A DNA stretch of 62,916 nt, counting the filler, from Reticulomyxa filosa (taxonomy: Eukaryota > Protista > Foraminifera): NCBI GenBank assembly GCA_000512085.1. It is 16 parts of 16 records of this genome, joined end to end, with 100 filler letters (N's around TTAATTAATTAA, not from the genome) between each part and the next. Parts side by side here need not be neighbours in the genome. Positions count along the whole stretch, not along the records: positions 1 to 6,977 come from ASPP01029389.1; positions 7,078 to 9,523 come from ASPP01033779.1; positions 9,624 to 23,078 come from ASPP01009361.1; 13 more parts are not named here. The stretch is one strand, 5' to 3'. Of this stretch, positions 1-11,617 are shown in pieces (the first letter of the stretch is position 1; the number at the start of each line of letters is the position of its first letter). The notes below the pieces were generated by a model. It worked only from the letters and a program-made list of their open reading frames with translations, did no database searches and was not told where the DNA came from. Position numbers and translations under genes: made by a program.

Positions 1-702
1 ATATTCAATTGATAATCCTGTTTTTTCACAAAACAACAGCATTTGATAATTTTGTTGATTTGTTTTCATCATTTCTTGTCCTTGTCCATTTTCTGACTTT
101 GATATAAAGCAATGATAACATATTCGATTATTAGTTGGTAAAGTATCATGTTTAATATATTGAAGTGTACTTAAATCAAACACACTAATATTATTTTTAT
201 AATAAGTGATAAATAACAAATCATTGTTGACTCCACCAATCACTGCACGCATTCCAATGTAATTATCATCATCTCTTCCAATGTTAATTTGATTATGGTG
301 ATTGTCTGTGAAGGGGATCCATGTATTGTATTTTTTGAATTTCTTTGATTTGTTGGATTTCATTGAATTGTTTGATACATCTGATATATCACTCCAAACA
401 CTTACATACTTCATCACTAGTGCATGTTTATTTTCACTTGTACCTCCACCAAAAGACAACAAAGTGATTTGATTGCTTTGTTTGTTGTTATTGTCTACCA
501 GTTTCACTACACAGTGTCCATATAATCCAGTATAAAATGGATACTTACAGATAAACTTGTATTCGTTTTTGAGTGTATGATAAGAATAACAATCCTGTTG
601 ATCACCTCCACAAATAAGGAGTTCGTGTTCGTGTAGCACACATTGAGCTTGATTAAGTGGAACAGGCAACTCCTTCAAAGTTGGAAAGACTTGATTACCC
701 AT
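1..702 (-). CDS. Kelch-like beta-propeller protein, lineage-expanded family; 3' end runs off the window
   Basis: Manual translation from ATG at 702 gives MGNQVFPTLKELPVPLNQAQCVLHEHELLICGGDQQDCYSYHTLKNEYKFICKYP, then ITLLSFGG and RAVIGGVNNDLLFITY. It is co-linear with the ORF at 11618. Not in the ORF track because there is no stop inside the window. Confidence 0.8.
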   Translation of the reverse strand, partial: MGNQVFPTLKELPVPLNQAQCVLHEHELLICGGDQQDCYSYHTLKNEYKFICKYPFYTGLYGHCVVKLVDNNNKQSNQITLLSFGGGTSENKHALVMKYVSVWSDISDVSNNSMKSNKSKKFKKYNTWIPFTDNHHNQINIGRDDDNYIGMRAVIGGVNNDLLFITYYKNNISVFDLSTLQYIKHDTLPTNNRICYHCFISKSENGQGQEMMKTNQQNYQMLLFCEKTGLSIEY

Positions 703-1287
703 GTTGTCAATATTGATTAGCTATGAAGTAGTTTAGGTTTTTTTAAAAATGAGAAGTACATAAAAAAAGTCTACAAACACTTAGTATAAAACAAAATTAT
801 CTATGTTATTGATGAGTAAATAATTAAATGAAGAGTATAATTTCCTTTTCTTTTATGCAAAGCAGAAGAACTTCCTATTTGAAAATTTTTCTGTTCAAAA
901 ATAAATTCAAACTTACAAAAATCAATTATCATTACTGTTTGTTCTTTTTTTCAACCTGTTTACATTTGCAAGAGGGAATTAGAAAGTCCTCACACTGACC
1001 TATTTCTGGGCATAAAACTCCTCACCCCTTTTTGTTTGAAGATTCAATTACCATCTGTTTTGTTTCATGTGCTTCCTTCCCCTTTTAAGAAAAGATTCCA
1101 CATGAATAGTGCAATCAATAGTAGAAACAAGCTAAAAAAAAAGTCAAAAGCAAAGAGGGCCTTAATGATTACGTCTGAGCAATAAAAAGTTTGCAATTTT
1201 GCAATTTTGTTGGACAATAGAAAAAAAAACAGTGCATTGAATTATTTGCTTTTGAATGTTTTATTTGGAGAGATGCACTTGTTTATG

Positions 1288-1830
1288 TGATAAATATTTT
1301 CAATAATCATTTCATAATAATGATCTTTTTCTTTTTCTTTTTTTTATTTAGATCAACTGATAGTAATCGAATACTGTTATGAACAATAAAAAAATAATTG
1401 AGATGAAAAGTAACGATATTCGAAAGAGTATCGATCTATGACTATCCAAAAATTGCATCCAATGAAATATACAAAGACTATAGACAAATGAAATAACAAA
1501 CGAAATGATAAAACATAATTGGAGAAAGAAACACATTAAATTCAAACAAAATAAATCAATGGATATAAATATTGTTTAATTTAATGACAGAACATTGTTT
1601 GAGAAAAGTAGCCCCACGTAAACAACATATTTATGTTACTTTTTATATTTTTGGAGCCTTTTGTTGTTATGTCCAAATTCAAAAGACAACAAAATATCAC
1701 TTGAAGGGGCAGTAGAATACCGTTACAGAGTCAAACTCTTTTTTTTTGCAACAACAAGAAAACTATTAAATCTTTGTTACAAAAAACCATTTGATTTCTT
1801 TTAAAACCCGAAACATGAAAAAGAAACATT
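1288..1830. repeat. Dispersed ~540-bp repeat, copy 1 (copy 2 at ~8910-9447)
   Basis: Long shared blocks such as taacgatattcgaaagagta, aaaacataattggagaaagaaa, gccttttgttgttatgtccaaat and actattaaatctttg occur in both copies in the same order. Confidence 0.9.
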
Positions 1831-2150
1831 TTCCAGTTCTGGTTGTTATGACAAAGACTGGGGTTTGTTAATATCCAACAAGTGAAACAGAAATGAATCC
1901 GACTATTACCCAAATTGAACAATGCGAAAGTGCATGTGGTACGTGTACGGAGCTCAATTTATATATTTTCTACTTTTAAAAAACAATTTGTCAATATGTG
2001 CAATATTTCCTTAATTGACAATTCAAAATAAATAAATATAGAATGAAATTAAACATTTGAAATCAGAAAAAGAAATAAATGAAAAAAAGCAAAGTGAAGA
2101 AATTTCAAGAATGAGTAATGATAACCAAATATTAAAACGACGACTGGAAT
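1830..2150 (+). pseudogene. Relic of a TRAF-like Zn-finger/coiled-coil gene
   Basis: SSSGCYDKDWV resembles SCFSKEWV (3431) and SCFDKKWI (7542). A later exon after aaatatag| reads NEIKHLKSEKEINEKKQSEE, a coiled coil. The frames are broken. Confidence 0.45.
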
Positions 2151-2529
2151 GTTCTCTTTTGCTATTCCTATTTTACGAAAAAGGGATGAAACTTTACTAT
2201 CATGCATACTTATATATTTCTTGTTTGTTGTTGATTTTTGAAACTATGCTATATCTCATTTGCCTATTTTTGATACGTATTTAAGTGTTGAATTTAGAAA
2301 ATCAGTATTATTCTGAACAAAACAGCCAATAGATTATTACTTAATGCAATTAAGTTGTATTTTATTACATGTTAATTTAATCATTCCTTTTCAAGTCTTA
2401 ACAAAATCCAGAAAAAAGAAATTAGATTAAAATTAAAATAAGGTTGTATATCAAAAATCATCTTCCTCATTTTTCTTGAGAAAAAAAAGTTCAATATCTT
2501 CCGTTTTACATCATCAAAACGATCTTGAG

Positions 2530-3066
2530 ATCAATTGTATATTATAAAGGAATTGATAAAAAAGATTATGGAATATCTTGTCTTAAATTTATTGTATTGA
2601 AAAAGAAAGAGAATGTTACATATGATTTAAATTTGTGTTATTGTTCATTCGAAGGTCTAATTCGTATTTGGGGATAATTTACTTTTTGTCTGATAAAAAA
2701 TGAACGTGTTTTTGTTTGAAAAGTTTGATTAAAGAAAAGTAAGGTTATATTAAACTTGTTGTCAATATGTTATGTTTTGTTTTTCATTCAGATAATAATG
2801 CCATTTATTTGTTGTTGTCCACAATCATAAATTGACAGGTAAACATTGTTTTCATGTTTGATACGTTTCGTTCGTCATCCAGATTACTTAAAACATTCAC
2901 TGGACATACCAATAGTGTATGTAGTATTGATTGTTCAATATTTGATTGTCATCCATTCATTTGTTCTGGATCAGATGATAAATCAGTTCGTGTATGGGAT
3001 ATTGACAACAAACAAATTCAATTATTCAACGGACATTCAAGTGAAGTGTGTAATAAAATTAGATAA
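2530..3066 (+). pseudogene. Rearranged WD40-family fragments: a C-terminal piece followed by an N-terminal piece
   Basis: 2623-2675 reads DLNLCYCSFEGLIRIWG*, the family C-terminus. 2839-3050 reads VNIVFMFDTFRSSSRLLKTFTGH...ICSGSDDKSVRVWD and is then truncated. Confidence 0.75.
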
Positions 3067-3430
3067 ACTAGTATACTGTCTTAAATTATAGAATTGGAAA
3101 AAAAAAGTAAACAGCAATGAACAAATATCAAACGGTGATATTTGTGTGAATTTGTGTCATAGTTTAACCAACGGTTTAATTTGTGTTTGTGGATGAATAC
3201 ATTACAAAAGCTTGTTTTGAATGAATTTGTTTGAATTCGTTAACATTAAGTAAGTAAAAAGAAAACTAATTTTAGTTTCTTATTTTTTATTAAAAATGGA
3301 ATAGACTGTATTCAACTTTATACGAGTAAGATTGTCATTGTTGTTCTCCCAATTCATGAAAAAACTCAAATAAAAAAAATCAATAACACTGATCAATCAT
3401 TATAACAAAAGCTACTTTCAGGAAAAAACA

Positions 3431-5612
3431 ATGAGCAACATAGAAGACGAAAAAACTTCAAAAGAAATAGAAACTGGAGTGCCTCCAATTTCTCTGGAGA
3501 ATTCTTGTTTCAGTAAAGAGTGGGTTTTGCAATTGAACCAACAAGACCAAATTAATCACTTTATTTGTTTGATTTGCAAACAAGTTGCCAGAAATCCTAT
3601 TGAAATGAGTTGTGCACAACACCAAGACTTGAATGAATCGCTGATTGTTGGAGCCAATTGCTTAAAGCAATTCTTAAATACTAATCCTGATTCTTGCCCT
3701 GTTCAGCCTCATAATAATTGTTTGTATTCTCCAAACAGAGCGGCTCAACTATGCATTGGTGACTTACGGATTATATGTCCACGACAATTTCGACAAGATT
3801 CAAAAGGAGTTATTCAACGACAACAACCAGAAGAAGAAGATGATGAAAAAATAACATGTGATTTTAAAGGGAAAATAAAAGAGTTAAATGATCATTTGAA
3901 TAATTCCTGTTCTTTGAAATTATTCGATTGTTGGTATAAACCATTTGGATGTGCCCATTCCTGTCCCAAACAGACATTACAGCAACATTTAATTTTGAAA
4001 TTAAAATTTCATTTTGATCTTGTTGTCGAGTTTGTCAATTCATTAAAACAAAATATCCAACTTCATCAAGTTAACTATTTTTTTTAGAATGATCAAAAAC
4101 AAATACATGACAATTACAAATAGCAAAAAAATAAAATAGGATGAGATAACACAATTAAAATTACAAGTAGAATCCAATGAAAAAAAGAATGAAAAAAATC
4201 GAGTTTTGATTAATGAAAATACATCATTGAAGAAAGAGGCAATACAATTAATGGGCAAAATAAACGAAACAACAGAATTGAAACAAAAGGAATTGTTGGA
4301 GAAAGATAATGAAATAAAAAAATTACAAAGAGAATATCAACAAGAATTACTCAAACTACGTGCTGACATTGAAATTATCAAAAAAGATTTCAATGAAAAG
4401 GAAAAACAACTATTATCACATCATGATAAATTGATCAAACTATTGGAAGAAAAGAATGAGAAACTCATCCAAGATGTTCAAAAACTGTCCACCAAAGACG
4501 AACAAAAAGAAAATGACAATACTTTTTCTTCCAACTCCAAATGCTCTTCCACTTACACTCTTGACTTGCCTCGCTATTCTAAACTACTTAAAATTTTCAG
4601 TGGGCACTCCGATTGGATATATAGTCTTCAATATTCTTCACTTGATGGTGGTCGGTTTCTTTGCTCCGGATCACGTGATAACACTGTTCGTGTATGGGAT
4701 TTGGATACCGACAGACAGATTCAGATCTTTAATAAACATTCAGACTATTTTTGTAGTGCCAAATTCTCTCCATATCATCGTAATTATCATTGTCCAACCA
4801 TTTGCTCAGCATCACAGGACGGAACCATCCGTTTTTGGGATATCAAAACAGCAAATGAATATCAGACTTTCAAAGGACACAGTGGTTATGTTTGTACCAT
4901 TCAATTTTCACCATTCACTGATGGAAGATATTTGTGTTCTGGGTCCAATGATTATACTATTCGTTTATGGGATGTTGAAACATCGAAATCGTTGCATGTT
5001 TTAAATGGACATTCAAGTTATGTTTGGTGTGTTGAATTTTCACCATTACAAAGTAATAGTAAAGATACTAATAAAATTGGTGTGATTGGTGGTGCTGGAT
5101 ATACCATTTGCTCTGGATCAGCTGATAACACCATTCGTTTGTGGGATATCGAAAATACCAAACAATTGGTTGTTTTCAATGGACATGAAGGAGCATTGAG
5201 GACTGTAAAATATTCAAAAAATGAAACAAGTATTGTTGGTGGCAATGTGATATGCTCTGGGTCAGAAGACAAGACAGTCCGATTATGGGATATTCGAACA
5301 GAAAAACAAATTCATATCTTCAAAGGACATACAGGCGCTATATATACTGTTGAATATTTGCCATCCGAAAATGGTAGCAGTGATACAAACATAATATGTT
5401 CTGGATCGAGTGACAATACGATTCGATTTTGGGACATCCGAACTAACAGACAATTACATGAAATCAAAGGATTTGATGATACTGGCATATTTTCTTTTGA
5501 ATTTGTGCCATTTGATCAAGATCTAAAAAATAATGAAAAAGGTAAAAAAGATTGTTGTGGTTATGCTTTGTGTTATGGTTCTGGAAATGGTCTCATTCGT
5601 GTGTTGGGATAG
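3431..5612 (+). CDS. Variant RING + TRAF-type Zn fingers + coiled coil + ~7 WD40 repeats (TRAF7-like architecture); join(3431..4069,4140..5612), ~703 aa
   Basis: CLICKQVA..CAQH..GANC..CPVQPH is a RING variant. CDFKG..DHL..C and DCWYKPFGC..C..QHL are TRAF-type Zn fingers. A phase-0 GT-AG intron at 4070-4139 joins the two ORFs in frame. GH...WD repeats follow. Confidence 0.88.
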
Positions 5613-6230
5613 CCAAATTCTTTTGTTTGAGACAACAAGAAAATCAAAACTATTTGTCAAAATTGAATGATGAAAAAAAAATACTTGAATCAAATTTGCA
5701 GAAATGTTTTTTTTAGTTTAAGCCTAAAAGCCTTCAATTAAAATGCAAGTTGTTCCTTTGGGCTTTGTGATATTCTTTGGAATAGATTTTTTTGACACAA
5801 TTTACAATTTCCAATCGTCATTTTGTTTGTTTAGACAAGATATTTGATAGTAAATGCAATGCAACTCATACTTTGCTTATTATGCCGTGGGGAATCAAAG
5901 AAAAAACATTCAATGAAAATTTTATTGAAAAATATTTTTGTTAAAACGTTTATTTCTGGATGTGTCAACATATCTATTTAAAATTAAAAGGATGAATATC
6001 TTGTGTTAAATGAATTTTTACTTTATTATGAAAGCATATCAACTCTGTTGATATGGTCAAAGTGCATTCTTTTGTTATATACACGGAATGTTTATGTAAA
6101 TTTTCATTTCTTTAAATGCTTTAAATTAACAAAAAAACTTAACATATTTAAAAATCCGCTCATTATGCTTGATTGATGAAAGTCACTAATATTCTACTTT
6201 CTTAATGTCCTGTTTTCAATAATTTACCGC

Positions 6231-6288
6231 TCTTGAGAGAAAAAAGTTCAATCATTTTCCATTTTGTATCATCAAAGACTATCTTAAG
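6231..6288 (+). promoter_or_regulatory. Conserved upstream motif of the WD40 family (second copy at 2474-2529)
   Basis: tcttgagagaaaaaagttcaatcattttccattttgtatcatcaaagactatcttaag lies ~25 nt upstream of ATG 6314. A near-identical copy precedes the WD40 relic at 2474. Confidence 0.4.
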
Positions 6289-6313
6289 CAAAAAAAACAA
6301 AACAAATTGAAAA

Positions 6314-6977
6314 ATGACAACTCTTGGCAATAAGAAACGAACTTCAATACAACTAACATTGGTAAACTTTTAGAAAGTTTGTTGTCTTTTTTTTGTTTTA
6401 CTTATCACGTGTGATTTGTGATTGAAACAGTCTGAGGAAGAAAAGATTAAAGCAATTTTACAACATTGGATTAGAATATTGCATATTAAATTTGGATGGA
6501 TTTATGATTTTGACAAACTTGTTGTCAATTATGTTATGCTTTATTTTTTATTTTTCATTCAAATGAAAATATGATCTTCTGATATTTATTTGTTATCCAT
6601 GATAATAACTTGACACAGGTAACTACTATTTTCATGCTCGACACATTTCGTTCATCATCCAGATTACTTAAAACATTTACTGGACACACAGATTGTGTAA
6701 GTAGTATTGATTGCTCAACAGTTGGTGATTATCAATGGATTTGTTCTGGATCAGATGATAGCACAGTTCGTGTATGGGATTTTGATAGCAACAAACAAAT
6801 TCAGTCATTCAATAAACATTTAAATCAAGTAACTTGTGTGAAATTTTCACCATATCATTATTATAATAATCACCAAAATGTCATTTGTTCTTCATCAATT
6901 GACAAAACCATTCGTTTTTGGGATTTCAAACATAATAAGCAATTACAAATATTTAATGAACACACTGATGGTATCGG
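6314..6977 (+). CDS. WD40-repeat protein, 5' part; join(6314..6361,6431..6532,6619..>6977)
   Basis: MTTLGNKKRTSIQLTL | SEEEKIKAILQHWIRILHIKFGWIYDFDKLVVNY | VTTIFMLDTFRSSSRLLKTFTGH..., with two phase-0 GT-AG introns. Cut by the contig end. Confidence 0.85.
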
Positions 6978-7077
6978 NNNNNNNNNNNNNNNNNNNNNNN
7001 NNNNNNNNNNNNNNNNNNNNNTTAATTAATTAANNNNNNNNNNNNNNNNNNNNNNNNNNNNNNNNNNNNNNNNNNNN
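6978..7077. other. Artificial contig spacer (N44-TTAATTAATTAA-N44). Identical spacers at 9524-9623, 23079-23178, 26364-26463, 30783-30882, 33716-33815, 36857-36956, 43996-44095, 46546-46645, 47735-47834, 50899-50998, 51999-52098, 53249-53348, 55365-55464 and 61351-61450
   Basis: The same 100-bp pattern occurs 15 times, and its core puts stops in all six frames. Confidence 0.98.
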
Positions 7078-7542
7078 CAAATGATCATTCACCTGTTTCA
7101 ATTTTCCTTTGAAATTACAACTCGCAAATCCAGGTGTTTCTCCTTCTTCATGTCCTTGCTGTGTTGACATTTGCAGCTGCTGTTCTTGTTGAAATTGTCG
7201 TGGGCATATCACATCCAACTCACTAATGTATCGTCTCGCCATTCGACTTTGAAAATACAAGAAGTTGTTATGATGTTCGACTGGACAAGAATTTGGGTTT
7301 TGACTAAGGAATTGATTCAAGCAATTCTCTCCAACGATCAATGATTCATCCATTTTTTCATGTTGAGTGCAATTGATTTCTATTGGATTGTTAGCGACTT
7401 GTTTGCAAATCAAACAAATAACATCGTGAATGTCTTCCTGCTGGTTCAATTGTAAAATCCACTTTTTATCAAAGCAAGACTGTTGTTGAGGAATTGACTT
7501 CAAGTCCATTTTTGTATTTTCTTTGCTTTTCTCTTCTTCCAT
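7078..7542 (-). CDS. TRAF-like variant RING/Zn-finger protein, 5' part (paralog of 3431)
   Basis: MEEEKSKE..SCFDKKWILQLNQQE..CLICKQVANNPIEINCTQH..VGENCL..CPVEHH..ICPRQF..CNFKGKLKQVNDHL. Truncated at the contig end. Confidence 0.85.
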
Positions 7543-8909
7543 CTTACTCAGTTTTCTCCCTTTTGGTTCTTGGTTAGATGACGTATATGAATTGATTATG
7601 GAGTTTTTTTTTGAATGGTGAAGTTTTGTTGTGGGCAGCTCTAATTTTTTTTTTGGTACAAAAATCACACCATTTGAAAAAAAGTTATTTCACAAAGTTG
7701 TTTTTACTTTTAAAAATTAAAAGAGGTCATATGTTCTAAGTGCTGGAATCAGTTGTAAGTAGATAAAACATTTAAAGATGAAAGCAAAAACAGACTTTAT
7801 TTATAAATCTCATGTAAAAAATGAAAACAACATATTTTTTTTATTTAAATAGTTTTGTTTACTTGGTTGTTTTTTACAAAAGGGGAAAACTTTAGGACTT
7901 TTCAATCCAAAGTTCAATTGCAGAAAAGGGTTAAAAGTAAAACTTGCTGTCAGTACAACTTTGAGTAATTTTCTTTTCTTAAGAATGAAACGAGATTGCT
8001 CCATCATTTAAGAAAAACTGAGTAGCTTTTCTAGAAATGCATAACATTATTAATTATGCTAGGAAAACCAATTACAGAAATTTTGTAGTTGATTATTTTT
8101 TATCTTTTTCTTAGTAAATAGTATACTGTATTTGATATTCCATGCAATAATTTATTCTTTTCCAGTAATTTTTAAAAAGCAAAGGGAAATATACAGCTCA
8201 AAGGATCTCTTAGTCAATGTGTCTTTTTTTGTTTTAAAAAATTATAACAAATGCGACAAATAAAGACAGCATAAATAGAAATACTCAAATAGGACGCTAA
8301 TACAATAAACATTATAACAATCTTTAAAGTATTTTGACAGCATTCAAAAGATGAAAAACATAAACTTTATCCATTACAACACAAACAACAATTATAGTAC
8401 AAGTGATATTTAAAAAACTTTGACAATAATCTAAATCTTGAATGATAAAAAGTCATTGAAATAAAAGAACATAATGATCTTCATGGTGTGATATGAAATA
8501 TTCAATTCACTGCATTTGTGAAGGATCATAATTAATGTAATACTTTTTTGTGATAGCTTCACCAAAGTGTAAAAAAATAATAGCAATTGATTTTATTTAT
8601 ATCTAAAAAAAGGGATTGCTTTAGTACACAACCAAGATTCTCTCCTATGAAAACAGTAGAGATAATAAATGCAATCACGCGAAGGACAATGTTGGAGAAA
8701 TCTATGGAATGTAGTTATCATCAGACGGTTTAGAGAATACAAAATTAAAAATCTTTGCTAATCACTTACCTAATTTCACACTCCATAAATCACTGTTTTA
8801 TCATCAAATGAAAATACAACCATTTGATAATGGCAAAATATTGCAATTGTATCTTAAGAAAATATTGTATGCAAAATTTTTGGTGAAGTATTACATATTA
8901 ATTAAATCA

Positions 8910-9447
8910 TGATAAATATTTTCAACAATTATTTAATACCAATGAAATTAAATGATATTTTCCTTTTTTATTTAGGTCAACTGATACTCATTAAACACTG
9001 TTGTGAATAATAAAAAAAAAATTGAAATAAAGGTAACGATATTCGAAAGAGTATTGATCTACAACTATCCAAAATTGCATCGATGAAACATACAAAAAAA
9101 CTCTCTAGACAAACGAAATAACAACCGAAATGACAAAACATAATTGGAGAAAGAAATACATTGAATTTAAACAAAATAAATCAATGAATATATATTGTTT
9201 AATTTAATGACAGGGCTTATTTGAGAAAGTAATCTCGCATGTACAACATATTTATGTGACTTTATATTTTTTTGAAAAGCCTTTTGTTGTTATGTCCAAA
9301 TCCAAAATACAAACAAAAGATTACTTGAAGGGCAATAGAAAATACCATTACAGGTTAAACTCTTTTTTTGTAACAAGAAAAACTATTAAATCTTTGATAC
9401 AAAAAACCATTTGCTTTCTTTAAAAAATGAAAATCATAAAACAAACG
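8910..9447. repeat. Dispersed ~540-bp repeat, copy 2 (copy 1 at ~1288-1830)
   Basis: Co-linear similarity to 1288-1830, aligned by eye. Confidence 0.9.
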
Positions 9448-9623
9448 TCCACAAAATTTCTTATTTTCAATACAGGTTCATTTATATGAACTCCTTCGAA
9501 ATTTTAAAAAATCATTTCAAAAANNNNNNNNNNNNNNNNNNNNNNNNNNNNNNNNNNNNNNNNNNNNTTAATTAATTAANNNNNNNNNNNNNNNNNNNNN
9601 NNNNNNNNNNNNNNNNNNNNNNN

Positions 9624-10627
9624 CCTCTACCTCTACCTCTACCTCTGTCCCTGTCTCAGTCCCTCCGACAAAGACAGTTCATTTCAAAGCGGAGCCGTCC
9701 ATTGAGTCGTCGGAAGTCGGATACGTGCACCGCTCAAAAGCGCAGTTCCCTTTGGCAGCAGGAGAGCGCTCTGTCAAAAGCGGCGGGAGACGTAAGTTCC
9801 AAAAAGGGAGCGATCGCAACTTGTTTGGCGAAGCGGAGAGCGCCAACAATTCCAAGCGTCCACGTACCGAGTCCAACTTCGATGAGAGTCTGTATGCTCC
9901 ACCTGCAAACAACAATAGGACAGATGGTATTGACTCGACCAATTCAACGATCACAATGACACCGACAATAACAGCGACACCGACAATAACAGCGGCATCG
10001 ACGATAACACCGACAATAACAGCGACCACAACGACAACTGAAACAACGACTGAAACGACAATGACAATGACAATGACAATGATGACTACTACTGCTACAG
10101 ATCAAATCGCTTCTGCATATGAACACAACTCAGATCACATTAGGACTGTTGAGACAACACAGACAAATGCCGCTGTGGAAACGCAAAAAAACGCTAGTGT
10201 CGCAAATGAAAATGACGTCAAAGCAGTCCCGACAAACAACGGAAATGTGACAAAGATGCCTCCGCTGGAACTCAATGCACATGGCGAAACCACGGTGCAG
10301 TATTCGTCGCTCATTGACCATGCAAATAAAACAGAAAACGCAAGTATCCACTTGCCTGTAATCGAAGAGAAGAGAGACAACACAAACGTTGCCACCAATG
10401 TTACAAATTCGGCAGTTGCTATTGCCCCAAGTCCGACACTTTGGAAGACGAGGCAAAACAGACAGGAACTACTGTTCCGTTAAAAACGTCTTCTCCGGCC
10501 ACTCTTGGCAAGTCTACACCGACACAAAAATATGATTTGGAAAAATTGGTTATTTTGAAAGTGAGTTGTTGCGTTGTTTTTACAAATAAATAAATAAATA
10601 AATAAGTAAATATATACATATATGTAC

Positions 10628-10660
<33 letters not shown>

Positions 10661-11012
10661 CTATATATGTACGTATATATGTACATATATTTATATATTT
10701 ATTTGACAGGGCTTGTCTGCAGATGACAGAATGGCAATTACCCCGCTGCACTATCGTGTGACACGTTTTTTTAGCTTGGAACCAGAGCAACAAAAGAAAA
10801 TGCAACAAGTTAGTCCCAACGTGAAACAATTGCTGGCCGAAGATATGGCCAAATTCGGTACTTTTGTCTATGCTCCAGAAACACCCGACTTGTTGGAAAT
10901 CAATATTCATAAGTCCACTGCTATGCCTAAGCGCAAGCTGGTTTGGCGAAATGTTATGTTTTTAACTACCGCCAGACTCGGAGGGACTTTGAAGGATCTC
11001 CAATTAATATAA
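9624..11012 (+). CDS. Hypothetical protein with a Thr-rich low-complexity region; 5' partial, probable frameshift near 10425, intron 10561-10708
   Basis: GC-richer ORF 9725-10483. The alternative frame after gcccc reads KSDTLEDEAKQ..LVILK up to a gtgagt donor. A TA-rich intron is followed by the exon GLSADDRMAITPL. Confidence 0.5.
9957..10098 (+). repeat. Coding tandem repeats: 18-bp ACACCGACAATAACAGCG units plus (ACAATG)n
   Basis: Encodes TPTITA x3-4 and TMTMTM. Confidence 0.85.
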
Positions 11013-11617
11013 ACGAAATCTCTTATCTTCTATTGAATATATCGTGTCTGTCCCCGGTATACGCAAATGCAAAAAGTTTACTACATTGTTTGTACTGAAA
11101 AAGATCAAGAGGTTGCTCTGTTTTTCTTTGTCTCTCCTCTCTTCTCTTTTTTTTTTTCTTGGTGAAACTCAGCCGTTTTGTAAATAATTATTGCACTTTG
11201 AGAAAGATTGAATTTTGTTATTATTCTCAGACAAACCTCAAATATGTTTTACAAAATTCAAAATGGAGTTGTGGTGCTTGTATTTGCATTTTTTCTCAAC
11301 GCTCTTATTTTTATTATTATGACAGTGCTGAGCAATGTTAAGCTGGTCAATTGCGGTCTTATGGAAAAAATTACATTTTTTTAATATTTGAAGTCAACAA
11401 AAGGTCATTAACAATTTAAAAATGGGTTATAATTTGGAGAAGGGGCAAGCAACTCATCTCTTTGCTTTTACACCAAATCTTTGTTTGAAACATGTTTATT
11501 CTTCTCCGCTGTCTCTTTCATTCTCTTTTTTTTTGGCTTCCAAATAATAGAAACCGTAAAGTTCGTTGAGGTGGGAGAAAGGGGAAGATAAAATAACTTT
11601 GGACATGTTCAACTACC

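Noticed and set aside
4456-5272. Overlapping alternative-frame and antisense ORFs inside the WD40 gene, and similar ones over IMPDH, Yippee, ribokinase and ABCG
   Set aside because: Shadow ORFs of real genes with no recognisable motifs.
10600-10700. (TA)n/(TACA)n tracts and the Y/I/M-rich ORFs they generate (also ~22480, ~46180, ~54880, ~56830)
   Set aside because: Intronic microsatellites, not coding sequence.
11013-11110. In-frame TAA/TGA followed by coding-like sequence, suggesting stop-codon reassignment
   Set aside because: Conserved genes end at TAA (IMPDH, ribokinase), TGA (ATG8) and TAG (5612), and none contain internal stops. Local decay or error is more likely.
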